Of a stretch of DNA of 20,463 bases, positions 1 through 7,424 are shown in pieces. This DNA comes from a virus. The position numbers were made by a program, and so were the translations under genes. A model generated the notes under the pieces. The model saw only the letters and a program-made list of their open reading frames with translations, was not told the DNA's origin and ran no database searches. Position 1 is the stretch's first letter. The number at the start of each line of letters is the position of its first letter. The stretch lies in IMG/VR virus record IMGVR_UViG_3300010232_000025. One strand, written 5' to 3'.

Positions 1-79
1 CGGGTGGGGGCGAACGATTAGGTGAGGATTACGGGCGTTCGAGGGGGTCGTTCGACGGGCTGGACGAATGGCGACGGAG

Positions 80-163
80 TGGGCGGGGCGGGATTTGAAC
101 CCGCGGTTCCCTACGGAAAGAGGTCTTAAGCCTCCCGCGTTTTCCGGGCTTTGCTACCCGCCC
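80..163 (-). tRNA. trnL: tRNA-Leu, anticodon UAA (class II, no encoded CCA)
   Basis: Minus strand GGGCGGG-TA-GCAAAGCCCGGAAAACGC-G-GGAGG-CTTAAGA-CCTCT-TTCCGTAGGGAA-CC-GCGGG-TTCAAAT-CCCGC-CCCGCCC-A. Shows a 7-bp acceptor stem, anticodon TAA at 128-126, a long variable arm, a TTCAAAT T-loop and discriminator A. The D-stem is weak (A12.C23 mismatch). Confidence 0.95.
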
Positions 164-182
164 TCGAAAAGGAACGTGTGAC

Positions 183-444
183 TTGTCGGGCGTACCGTCG
201 CCGCGGGGGTTCCGCGGGACGTTACCCGCCCCTCGTTCACGGGTCGGGGCCTTCGAGTCCGGTCCGGGGCGTCGCCGCCTGTTCGCTACTAACCCTCGCG
301 GGCTTTCCACTCGGACCGGTTTAGGGCGCGGTCCCCGTCGCCTGTGGGTGGGGCTGTTCCCTATGCGTGTCGCCCACTCTCGCCCGTGGGAACCATGAGG
401 TCCACAAGCCGGGCCTAAGCGGGTCCGAGGGACGCATGGGACAG
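183..444 (-). ncRNA. Candidate structured non-coding RNA upstream of, and probably co-transcribed with, tRNA-Leu
   Basis: No acidic ORF. Multiple helices: 432-444 pairs with 354-368; hairpins at 373-390, 313-334 (GGACCG/CGGTCC), 291-304 (AGCCC-GCGA-GGGTT, GNRA loop) and 201-217; 228-232 pairs with 266-270. The promoter motif at 468-487 predicts a start near 443. Confidence 0.45.
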
Positions 445-467
445 GCTACCGGTCGGGCGGGTGTGGT

Positions 468-494
468 AAAAAGGTCCGGGACGCTAACCGGTTC
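468..494 (-). promoter_or_regulatory. Viral promoter-family copy (GTTAGCGTCCCGGACCTTTTT)
   Basis: 27-bp near-identical copy (1 mismatch) of 13511-13537, which lies about 25 nt before a leaderless ATG. Same register as the TTAGCCYCCGRTAACTTTWT family. Confidence 0.7.
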
Positions 495-790
495 TACAGG
501 TCGGGGACCTGAACGGGCCGCTGGACCGCCTCGCGGACGACGGTCGGGATATGGGTCACGTCGAACCACTCCTCTCCCTCGCCGCCGACCTCCTCGACGG
601 TCGAGAGGTCCACAGCGGTAAGCGCCTCGCCCCTGTGGGTCGTCTCGTCCTCCGGGAGGGCTGAACTCGGACGGAGACGCATGCGGAACGTTTCGCCCGC
701 CGCTTCGTAGTAGACGGAGAGAGTTGAGATCCCGTCCGCCTCGCCGCGAACCTGTAGGACCGCCGCGGAGTCCTTAGCGGTTGAGGACAT
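494..790 (-). CDS. Hypothetical protein (98 aa)
   Basis: Acidic ORF with halophile-type codon usage; its ATG abuts the TAA of the upstream ORF. Confidence 0.8.
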   Translation of the reverse strand: MSSTAKDSAAVLQVRGEADGISTLSVYYEAAGETFRMRLRPSSALPEDETTHRGEALTAVDLSTVEEVGGEGEEWFDVTHIPTVVREAVQRPVQVPDL

Positions 791-1183
791 TTACGCGCCC
801 TCCTCGTCGTCGTCGTTCTCGCGGATGTTCTGACGCGCCTCGTCCGCCTCGTCGGAGTTGAGGTAGCCCTCCTCCTCCGCCCGGTTGATAGTTTCGAGGT
901 TCGCCTGTGCGTGTCCGGAGAGGTCCGTCGTCTCGCCGTCGCGGAGGGAGGCGGGTTCCGGGTTCCACTCGTCCTCGTCGTCCGCGTCGTCCTCCTCCTC
1001 GTCGCCGCCGTCGGGCCACAGGTCCGGGGGCGTTCCCGTGTCGCCGGGTCCAGCCCATACGCGGACCGCGGGTTCGTTCTGTTCGCGGTTGAGTTCCCGC
1101 TGTCGTTCACTCTCCGCCGCGAGGCGTTCCCCGCGGAGGCGTTCCTGTTCCTCGTCGTCGCGGTCGTCGGTGTTCTGTCGCAT
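791..1183 (-). CDS. Highly acidic hypothetical protein (130 aa)
   Basis: Asp/Glu-rich ORF starting directly after conserved leader copy 1. Confidence 0.8.
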   Translation of the reverse strand: MRQNTDDRDDEEQERLRGERLAAESERQRELNREQNEPAVRVWAGPGDTGTPPDLWPDGGDEEEDDADDEDEWNPEPASLRDGETTDLSGHAQANLETINRAEEEGYLNSDEADEARQNIRENDDDEEGA

Positions 1184-1271
1184 AGCGTGGGTGGATATCG
1201 GGATCCTCCTACAGTCCCGCCCGCCCGGACGACCGTCGTCCGACCGGGTTACGGGCTACGGGAGGGTCGGG
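1184..1271 (-). repeat. Conserved structured leader element, copy 1
   Basis: Minus strand CCCGACCCTCCCGTAGCCCGTAACCCGGTCGGACGACGGTCGTCCGGGCGGGCGGGACTGTAGGAGGATCCCGATATCCACCCACGCT-ATG. Closely similar to 2871-2954 and partly to 4180-4250. Confidence 0.9.
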
Positions 1272-1724
1272 CTACTCCGTCCGGGCGGAGTCCTGAAAGA
1301 GGACTGTCCCCTCGTTGAAATTGACCTCCGCGACCTCGAACCCGTAGCGGTCCGCGACCTCGAACACTCGTCCGGAGAGGCGTCCGTTCTCGAACTCCGG
1401 GGAGAGGATAGCGCCCGTGTCCCCGACCTTAACGACCTTCGGGGTTCCGATTTGTTCAGCGTCGCGGACGGACGCGACGAACTCCCGGACCCGCGAGGAA
1501 ATGGATAGGACCTCCGCCCACTCTCCGAGAGGGTCGAGGTAGTCCAGCGTGTAGGACTGTTCCTCTCGCGCCCCGTCGAACGCGAGGGTGAGGACCGTCT
1601 CCCCGTCCACGTCCTCCGTCTCAACGACCTCGCCCACTCGACCCGCGAACGAGGCGTCCGCGTCCGAGACGTAGTAGTGGTCCGCGACCTGTTCCGCGTT
1701 CATGGCGTCGGTGTTCTGTGCCAT
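1272..1724 (-). CDS. Hypothetical protein (150 aa)
   Basis: Acidic ORF; leaderless ATG 25 nt after a promoter-family motif. Confidence 0.85.
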   Translation of the reverse strand: MAQNTDAMNAEQVADHYYVSDADASFAGRVGEVVETEDVDGETVLTLAFDGAREEQSYTLDYLDPLGEWAEVLSISSRVREFVASVRDAEQIGTPKVVKVGDTGAILSPEFENGRLSGRVFEVADRYGFEVAEVNFNEGTVLFQDSARTE

Positions 1725-1745
1725 ACTCTATTATTGTCGTGGGGG

Positions 1746-1798
1746 ATAATAAAAGTATCGGGGGCTAACGGAGAATAGTCCAGAAAGAACGCCCGGGA
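1746..1798 (-). promoter_or_regulatory. Terminator-promoter junction; promoter-family copy (20-mer at 1749-1768)
   Basis: Minus strand TTCTTTCTGGACTATTCTCCG-TTAGCCCCCGATACTTTTAT, immediately after the previous TAA. Confidence 0.8.
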
Positions 1799-2080
1799 TT
1801 AGTCCCGGTCGTCCGGCATGTCCAGCCCGTAGCGTTCCGCCTCGGAGGGCGTCGGGTCCTCTTTCACGTCGTCCCACGTCCGCGAGGGTTCCTGTTTTCG
1901 TTCCGCGAGGTCCAGCGCGTTGAGTTCGGACTCCGGACAGTCGTCGGCGTGGTCCTCCTCCGCCTCCTCGCCCTCGGACGGGATTAGGTGTCCGCATGCT
2001 GGACACTCCGGCGGATCCGGGGCGTTCCACGGGGCGTTAGGGTCGCCCGCGGAGGTCCCCGGCGGGTAGTTCCCGCCCAT
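1799..2080 (-). CDS. Small CPxCG Zn-finger protein (93 aa)
   Basis: Start re-called at ATG 2080 (MGGNYPPG...), coupled to the stop at 2082. Contains CPACG...H...C and an N-terminal YPPG...DPNAPWN segment. Confidence 0.75.
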   Translation of the reverse strand: MGGNYPPGTSAGDPNAPWNAPDPPECPACGHLIPSEGEEAEEDHADDCPESELNALDLAERKQEPSRTWDDVKEDPTPSEAERYGLDMPDDRD

Positions 2081-2081
2081 G

Positions 2082-2870
2082 CTACCACTCCGGACCCTCG
2101 TCCGGGAGGAGATCCCGCGGGACTCCGACGTAGTGTTTCTCCGCGACGCGAGGCGGGTCCCGGTCACTCCCGACCGTCTCCCCCGCGAGGACCGCGACTC
2201 CGTAGCGGGACAGAACGTCCGCGTAGGGCGTCCGGGGGCGTTCGAGAGTGTGGTCCCACGGGTTCGAGTCCGTGAAAATGACCTCGACGTTCGGAGGGTT
2301 CTGTTCGCCTCGACGGGCTGGACCGTAGCGCCCCTCGTCGTATAGGTTTAGGTCCCGGACGCCTCCGAGGGCGCGGAGGTCGTCGTAGACCTCAACAGCG
2401 CGTTCCCGCGCCTCCTCCCACGACATGACTCCTCCGCTGTAGTCGTCGAGGACGAGATCTATAGCGGACGCGACCTCCGTCGTCTCAACGAGAGGGTAGC
2501 CCGCGTTCTCCCGGTCGCGGAGGAACCGGGCGAGGCGACGCATAGCCGCCCCCGGGTTCGTCGCCCCGTCCTCGTCGGTCGCGTCGAGGACGTTCCCCGG
2601 GATTAGGGCGTGTTCCCGCTGTCCTTCTCCCTCGAACTCCTCGTCCGACGGATCGAACGAAAGGTCTACCACGTCCTCCGTGGGGTAGAACGTCGCCCCA
2701 CACAGGGAACAGGTCGCGGAGTCGAACGTCTCCATGTCCTCCGCGGAGAGGGGGTCCGTCTCGCGGTTCACGTCCGGACCACAGTCCAGACAGAACAGCG
2801 GGGCGGTATTCCCCTCAACTACCGCGGAGTAGCCTATTGGTTCGTCGTTTGTGTCGTCGTTTCCTGTCAT
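2082..2870 (-). CDS. Hypothetical protein with N-terminal Zn finger (262 aa)
   Basis: CLDCG...CSLCG motif; acidic; begins after leader copy 2. Confidence 0.85.
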   Translation of the reverse strand: MTGNDDTNDEPIGYSAVVEGNTAPLFCLDCGPDVNRETDPLSAEDMETFDSATCSLCGATFYPTEDVVDLSFDPSDEEFEGEGQREHALIPGNVLDATDEDGATNPGAAMRRLARFLRDRENAGYPLVETTEVASAIDLVLDDYSGGVMSWEEARERAVEVYDDLRALGGVRDLNLYDEGRYGPARRGEQNPPNVEVIFTDSNPWDHTLERPRTPYADVLSRYGVAVLAGETVGSDRDPPRVAEKHYVGVPRDLLPDEGPEW

Positions 2871-2954
2871 AGTCGGGTTGATATCGGGACCCTCCTACGT
2901 CCCGCCCCGACGGACGACCGTCGTCCGACGAGGTTACGGGCGTGGGAGGGTCGC
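2871..2954 (-). repeat. Conserved structured leader element, copy 2
   Basis: Minus strand GCGACCCTCCCACGCCCGTAACCTCGTCGGACGACGGTCGTCCGTCGGGGCGGGACGTAGGAGGGTCCCGATATCAACCCGACT-ATG. Confidence 0.9.
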
Positions 2955-3662
2955 CTACTTCTTGTAGAACGACCACTTACTCGTTCGTTCACACTCGAAC
3001 CCGTAGGAGTCGGACAGGTTCTCGAACAGGAACTCCTCGAACGCCTCCCGAACCTGTAGGTCCAGCGCGGACGCGACGGAGACGGTCACTCCGAGGTCGG
3101 TCCCGAGACAGCCCGTCCCGCTGTGGTCCTCGTCTTTGAACGCGAACGACTCCGCGTTCAGCGTCCCGACGAGGGGATCCTCCTCTAACGCCTCCGCGAC
3201 GACCCGGGCGACGTGGGACGCCATGTTCGAGGAGAGGTCCCCCTCAACGGTCCAGCGGTCCGAGGGTTCGACGACCGTCGCCCGCTGGACGGACAGAACC
3301 TCGTAGCCGCTGTTATCCTCGTCGTCCTCGTCCGGGTAGTTATTGACGAGTCCGCCCGTGTGACTGTCCGCGTCGAGGACGAGGGTCGCCCGGAGACGCG
3401 GGAGGTCGCGGTAGTCGTCGGTCCGTTCGTTCCACACTCTCGACGCTTTTAGCCCGGGGAACATGCCCTCCGCCTCCTCGTCGGGGCGGTCGAGGCGTTC
3501 GAGGTCCGCCGCGTCCTCGTCGGTCCACTCTCCCTCTATCTCGTAGCGGGCGTTCCCGTAGTTCGAGAGTTCGAGTTCCACCACGTCGCCCGCGGACAGG
3601 TCCGAGGCGTCGAGGGGCTGTTCGTCGTCCGCGTCGTCGGTCGGAGTCATGTTTCGACTCAT
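2955..3662 (-). CDS. Hypothetical protein (235 aa)
   Basis: Acidic ORF; leaderless ATG 26 nt after a promoter-family motif. Confidence 0.85.
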   Translation of the reverse strand: MSRNMTPTDDADDEQPLDASDLSAGDVVELELSNYGNARYEIEGEWTDEDAADLERLDRPDEEAEGMFPGLKASRVWNERTDDYRDLPRLRATLVLDADSHTGGLVNNYPDEDDEDNSGYEVLSVQRATVVEPSDRWTVEGDLSSNMASHVARVVAEALEEDPLVGTLNAESFAFKDEDHSGTGCLGTDLGVTVSVASALDLQVREAFEEFLFENLSDSYGFECERTSKWSFYKK

Positions 3663-3685
3663 ACCCTACAATACAGCGCGGCGGG

Positions 3686-3735
3686 TTATAAAGTTACCGG
3701 AGGCTAATAGACAGTAGCCCGAAAGAATAGCCGGG
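3686..3735 (-). promoter_or_regulatory. Terminator-promoter junction; promoter-family copy (20-mer at 3688-3707)
   Basis: Minus strand GGCTATTCTTTCGGGCTACTGTCTA-TTAGCCTCCGGTAACTTTAT. Confidence 0.8.
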
Positions 3736-3744
3736 GGTCGCGTG

Positions 3745-4179
3745 TTACTCCTCGCCGGTCACGTTCCGGTAGCGCCCGGACGCGAGGCGACGGGCGAACT
3801 CGTTACCCGAGATCTCTATGTGCGGGCTGTCCTCGTTCGCGGGGAACTCCGGTTCCTCGAACTCAACCTCTAAAGCGTCCATGGGTCGAGAGTGGTCGAG
3901 GTCGGGGTTTGACCGGAACGAGAACCACCGCGCCGTTCTGAACGTGATAGTCTCGCCCCTGTGTTCGTCGTAGAACTCCATACCCTCGTAGACGTGGACC
4001 TGAACCGCGGGCGGGTCCAGCGTCTCTCCGTCGGAGACGGAGGAGACGGACATGGTAGTTCCGGACGTGTCCTCCGGAGTAGGCCACTCGTCGGGCTGTT
4101 CGTCCTCCGGGATTTGTCCGAGTTCGAGGGCGATATGCGTACTAATCGCGGTCGTCGCGTAGGGTTCGTTTCGTCTCAT
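3745..4179 (-). CDS. Hypothetical protein (144 aa)
   Basis: Start re-called at ATG 4179 (MRRNEPY...), directly after leader copy 3. The GTG extension to 4254 in the track runs through the leader. Confidence 0.8.
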   Translation of the reverse strand: MRRNEPYATTAISTHIALELGQIPEDEQPDEWPTPEDTSGTTMSVSSVSDGETLDPPAVQVHVYEGMEFYDEHRGETITFRTARWFSFRSNPDLDHSRPMDALEVEFEEPEFPANEDSPHIEISGNEFARRLASGRYRNVTGEE

Positions 4180-4250
4180 AGCGTGGGTTTGGTATCGGGA
4201 CCTCCTACGTCCCGCCTCGCCTTGTCCAGCCGCGGACGCGACGAGGCTAC
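4180..4250 (-). repeat. Conserved structured leader element, copy 3 (5' UTR, lacks the upstream anti-GGAGG strand)
   Basis: Minus strand GTAGCCTCGTCGCGTCCGCGGCTGGACAAGGCGAGGCGGGACGTAGGAGGTCCCGATACCAAACCCACGCT-ATG. Begins at the start site predicted from the promoter at 4276-4295. Confidence 0.8.
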
Positions 4251-4270
4251 ACACTACAGTAGGGCCTACG

Positions 4271-4324
4271 GGTATAAAAAGTTATCGGGGGCTAATGGGC
4301 GACAGTCCAGAAAGATAGCCCGGG
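4271..4324 (-). promoter_or_regulatory. Terminator-promoter junction; promoter-family copy (20-mer at 4276-4295)
   Basis: Minus strand CCCGGGCTATCTTTCTGGACTGTCGCCCA-TTAGCCCCCGATAACTTTTT, immediately after a TAA. Confidence 0.8.
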
Positions 4325-5374
4325 TTAGTAGTCGTTGAGGTTGATTTGTTCTCCGCTGTCCGGTTTCGACGGTTCAACGAGGTAGCGGTCGTCCGGGTCC
4401 GGGTGAGTTACCCGACCGTTCGAGGTCACGTCCTTACAGTCCTCACACAGCATTTCTTGAGTCTCCGGCATGGTTTTAGCCCGGAGTTCGGGGCTGGACA
4501 TTTTCCCGTGTCCTAACCATGAGTAATCCTGTTCTCGACCCCGGGCGAGGGCGTCGAGTTCAGGAATAGCCTCTAACGTCTCCGCGAGATCCGGGCGGAG
4601 TTCTCGAAGGACGACGAGGCGGAGACGGGCGTCGTTGTTCTCCTCGCGGTAGGTGTTCACTCGTTCCCATGCGTCCGGATAGTCCTCTTTCAGGTAGCCA
4701 TGAACGCGCCCGCGGTAAACCTGAACCTCCCACTCGTTCCGTTTGAGACGCTGGACGTGTTCGACTATCCACCGGGGCGGATCCGCGTCCTCGCCGTCGT
4801 AATGGCGTAGATCTAACTCGAACTCCCGGAGTCCGTAGGCCATACAGTAACACTCTCCCGACCTGTCTACCTGTTCGACGACGGGCGAGGCGGGGAGGTC
4901 ATGTTCTACGAGAAAGTCCTGAACGTCCTCGTCGCGGAACCCCTCTATTGGGGCCTTCCATATCCCGAACTCCCGTTCCTGAAAGTCTACGACCCGCCCC
5001 ATGCGGGCGTCCGACTCATGTCTCCGGACCCCGGTATAGAGGTATGGCTTTCCGTCGTACTTACGACAGAACCGCTTAATTGGGTGTTCTTTCAGATACC
5101 GGTAATACCATGAGTGTTTACTCGGGCCGGGGAACCCGTACTTTTTCGCGTACCACCAGAACGATTTGCGCGGGCGGAGTTTAACGAGATACCACCCGTA
5201 TTTCTGTGCGACCGCCTCGACGAATCTCTCGTTTAGAGGGATACCTGTCCCGGTGTCTACGTGAACCACCGTGTCCGCGTTCTCGTCTATCTCCATGGTT
5301 TTGAACGTTGAGACGAGACTATCGTAGCCGCCGGAGAACAGCGCCGCGCCTTGTGATTTTGCGTGTCTTGTCAT
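4325..5374 (-). CDS. PAPS-reductase-family (PP-loop, adenine nucleotide alpha-hydrolase) protein (349 aa)
   Basis: Motifs FSGGYDS, VHVDTG, FPGP, YTGVRRHESDAR and RSGECYC. Start re-called at ATG 5374, 4 nt after the MTase stop. Confidence 0.85.
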   Translation of the reverse strand: MTRHAKSQGAALFSGGYDSLVSTFKTMEIDENADTVVHVDTGTGIPLNERFVEAVAQKYGWYLVKLRPRKSFWWYAKKYGFPGPSKHSWYYRYLKEHPIKRFCRKYDGKPYLYTGVRRHESDARMGRVVDFQEREFGIWKAPIEGFRDEDVQDFLVEHDLPASPVVEQVDRSGECYCMAYGLREFELDLRHYDGEDADPPRWIVEHVQRLKRNEWEVQVYRGRVHGYLKEDYPDAWERVNTYREENNDARLRLVVLRELRPDLAETLEAIPELDALARGREQDYSWLGHGKMSSPELRAKTMPETQEMLCEDCKDVTSNGRVTHPDPDDRYLVEPSKPDSGEQINLNDY

Positions 5375-5378
5375 TTTG

Positions 5379-5951
5379 TTATCCGAAACTGTCGAGGGCG
5401 ACCTGTCGCGTCTCCTCAACTATCGCCTCCGAGTTCAGTAGCATACCCGACCGCTTTAGGAGGTGTCCGAGGAGGTCGTCCGGGACCCCCCCCCCGAACA
5501 GATAGAGGACCGTACAAAACGGGGCGGAGTCGTCCGAGTCCCCGAACTTTAGCCGTGAGTCGTGTAGGTAAACGTAGGACGCCCGCGGAACGAACTTGTG
5601 AAACCGGTCGGAGGACGTGTCCACGGAGAGGAGAAGGGCGACGAACTCAACCGCCTCGCGGGTGGACTCTTTCCACGCTTTCTCCGTCCACTCGTCTTTT
5701 TCCGAGTAGGGCGGGTTACACCATACACGTCCATGCCACGGTTCGGACAGCCCGTCCTCTCCGCGTTCGAGGGCGAACGTCTCCTCCGCTATCGGGCTGG
5801 ACTCCGCGCCCGCCGCCGGGTCGAGGTCGAACCCGTCCACCGCCTCCATGATAGGACGGAGAAAGTGGGGAGGGGTCGCCCACTCGTCCGTTCCTCCGCC
5901 CTCAACATGGATCCCGCTTTCAACGACTCTCGAACCCGTCCCTTTTTCCAT
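5379..5951 (-). CDS. Phage Dam-family DNA N6-adenine methyltransferase (190 aa)
   Basis: DEWATP, FDLDPAA (SAM-binding region), VWCNPPYS (catalytic NPPY) and RLKF motifs typical of the small phage Dam family. Confidence 0.9.
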   Translation of the reverse strand: MEKGTGSRVVESGIHVEGGGTDEWATPPHFLRPIMEAVDGFDLDPAAGAESSPIAEETFALERGEDGLSEPWHGRVWCNPPYSEKDEWTEKAWKESTREAVEFVALLLSVDTSSDRFHKFVPRASYVYLHDSRLKFGDSDDSAPFCTVLYLFGGGVPDDLLGHLLKRSGMLLNSEAIVEETRQVALDSFG

Positions 5952-5952
5952 G

Positions 5953-6765
5953 CTATTCGTTCTCGTCGTCGGTCCCCGGTAGCGTGGACTGTTCGTCGTC
6001 CTCGTCCTCCTCGAACCCCGCGTAGGGTAGGACCTCCGTCCGGACCCACGTTAGGAATTGTCCGGTCGTTAGGTCGTTCGGGTCCCACACCTCGACGTAG
6101 CCGGACCGCGCCATGTTCACTTTGTAGGGGAACCCGGACCCGGACCCGTCCTCGTAGATATACTCTCCCGCGAGTTGGTTCAGCCGGTCATGCCGAACCG
6201 CCGCGTCGAGGAGGCTGGACAGGTCCTCGTCCTCTAACACGTCGTCGCCCCATGCGGTGAGTTTCCCCGCGTCGAACGAGGAGGTCGGGCCGCCGGAGGT
6301 CGTCGGCGTGAACGTGTCCTCCCGGTCGAGGTAGAACGACCCGAGGTTCAGGTCCGCCGCCCGGATCCGTCCGGTGTTCTGCCGGGCGACCATGCCGAAC
6401 GCGAACGCGCCCGACGACGAGGAGACGAGGACAAACCCGGAGTGGGAACCGTTCGCCGCCGCCTCAACGACGACGAACCGGGTGTAGTCCTGAACGACGT
6501 TCCCGACGGTCGTCCTCTCGCGGATCTGTCCGTCCTCAACCTCGTAGGACTCGTCCTCAACGGTTCGTTCTCGTAGCGCCTCGCCTACGTAGTAGTCGGT
6601 CCCACCGCCAAACGTCCGCTGTTCCTGAACGTTCAGCGCCGCCGTAAGTTCGTCCACGCCGGGGGCGTCCGTTGTGCGACGGTGGACCGTACTTTCGACG
6701 CCCGTTATCCCGTCCGCCGCCCCTAACGAGGACGGTTCCGGAACCCCAAGAACGCCGCGTTTCAT
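5953..6765 (-). CDS. Hypothetical protein (270 aa)
   Basis: Acidic ORF coupled to both neighbours (ATGA overlap at 6762-6765). Confidence 0.85.
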   Translation of the reverse strand: MKRGVLGVPEPSSLGAADGITGVESTVHRRTTDAPGVDELTAALNVQEQRTFGGGTDYYVGEALRERTVEDESYEVEDGQIRERTTVGNVVQDYTRFVVVEAAANGSHSGFVLVSSSSGAFAFGMVARQNTGRIRAADLNLGSFYLDREDTFTPTTSGGPTSSFDAGKLTAWGDDVLEDEDLSSLLDAAVRHDRLNQLAGEYIYEDGSGSGFPYKVNMARSGYVEVWDPNDLTTGQFLTWVRTEVLPYAGFEEDEDDEQSTLPGTDDENE

Positions 6766-7085
6766 GCGTCGCCCCCCGTGAACTTGTGTAGGCGGGAGGC
6801 TTTCGCTATCCAGCGGACCGGTTCCTCCGTCTCAACGGTCGCCATGTCGGTGTAGTCCCGGACGCCCTCGTAGTCCACGGGCGCGGGCTGGACCTCAACG
6901 GACGCCCCGTCCGGGGACGCCTCAACCGTGATTTTCCACTCCCCGTCGTAGGAGATCCCGACGACGACGCCGTTCGAGAGGACGAGGAGGGTGTCCTCGT
7001 TATAGTTCGCGTAGAACTCCTCCCGGACAGCGCCCTCAACCTCTATCAGGTCGTCGGACTGTCCGTAGATCCTCGTTTCCGGCAT
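6762..7085 (-). CDS. Conserved phage-type hypothetical protein (107 aa)
   Basis: IYGQSDDLIEVEG...EEF motif recalled from phage hypothetical proteins; coupled ORF. Confidence 0.85.
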   Translation of the reverse strand: MPETRIYGQSDDLIEVEGAVREEFYANYNEDTLLVLSNGVVVGISYDGEWKITVEASPDGASVEVQPAPVDYEGVRDYTDMATVETEEPVRWIAKASRLHKFTGGDA

Positions 7086-7087
7086 GG

Positions 7088-7423
7088 CTACAGGTCCTCC
7101 TCACCCTCGCCTACGGTGAGGTCGTCGAGGTCCACCTCCTCCGCCGGGTCCTCCGCGTCTACGAGGGGTTCCGTGAACGTCTCGACCTCTTTCCGAAACA
7201 GGTTCAGAACCTCGCGGATAGAACTCTCCGTTGAGACGCTACTGTGTTGGTTCAGGATGGACGTAACGAGGGAGTCGTAGATCTCGTCCTCGTCCGCGAG
7301 GACCTGAACGCCCTCCGCGAGACGCTGGTAGGCCAGCATTTTCCGGAACCCGCGGGTGTTCAGGATCGCCTCTATCTGTTCGTCGGTGAGGTCGTCCGTG
7401 GACAGCCGGTCGAGGTCGTCCAT
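7088..7423 (-). CDS. Hypothetical protein (111 aa)
   Basis: Acidic ORF in a coupled operon. Confidence 0.8.
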   Translation of the reverse strand: MDDLDRLSTDDLTDEQIEAILNTRGFRKMLAYQRLAEGVQVLADEDEIYDSLVTSILNQHSSVSTESSIREVLNLFRKEVETFTEPLVDAEDPAEEVDLDDLTVGEGEEDL

Positions 7424-7424
7424 G

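Noticed and set aside
1-163. tRNA 3' end as a provirus attachment site
   Set aside because: No integrase and no duplicated tRNA fragment in the window, and the tRNA is driven from a viral-type promoter. The downstream 79 nt are too short to judge.
321-437. 38-aa ORF MRPSDPLRPG... downstream of the 468-487 promoter
   Set aside because: The peptide is not acidic, the ATG lies several nt beyond the predicted start site and inside a helix strand, and the region is better explained as structured RNA. Not fully excluded.
183-444. Assignment as RNase P RNA, SRP RNA or a group I/II intron
   Set aside because: The P4-like strands are in the wrong order and lack the bulged U. No SRP helix-8 motif, group I P7 core or group II domain V was recognised.
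185-459. 8-bp direct repeat GTCGGGCG (185-192, 452-459) flanking the structured region
   Set aside because: Too short and GC-rich to exceed chance; no associated recombinase.
1184-4324. Repeats as a CRISPR array or integron attC array
   Set aside because: Spacing is gene-sized and irregular, repeats are long and degenerate, and there is no cas or integron integrase gene. The motifs align with promoter and leader positions.
4325-5374. Calling the PAPS-reductase-like gene dndC or cysH
   Set aside because: No other dnd/ssp or sulfate-assimilation genes are present and the motifs support only family-level assignment.
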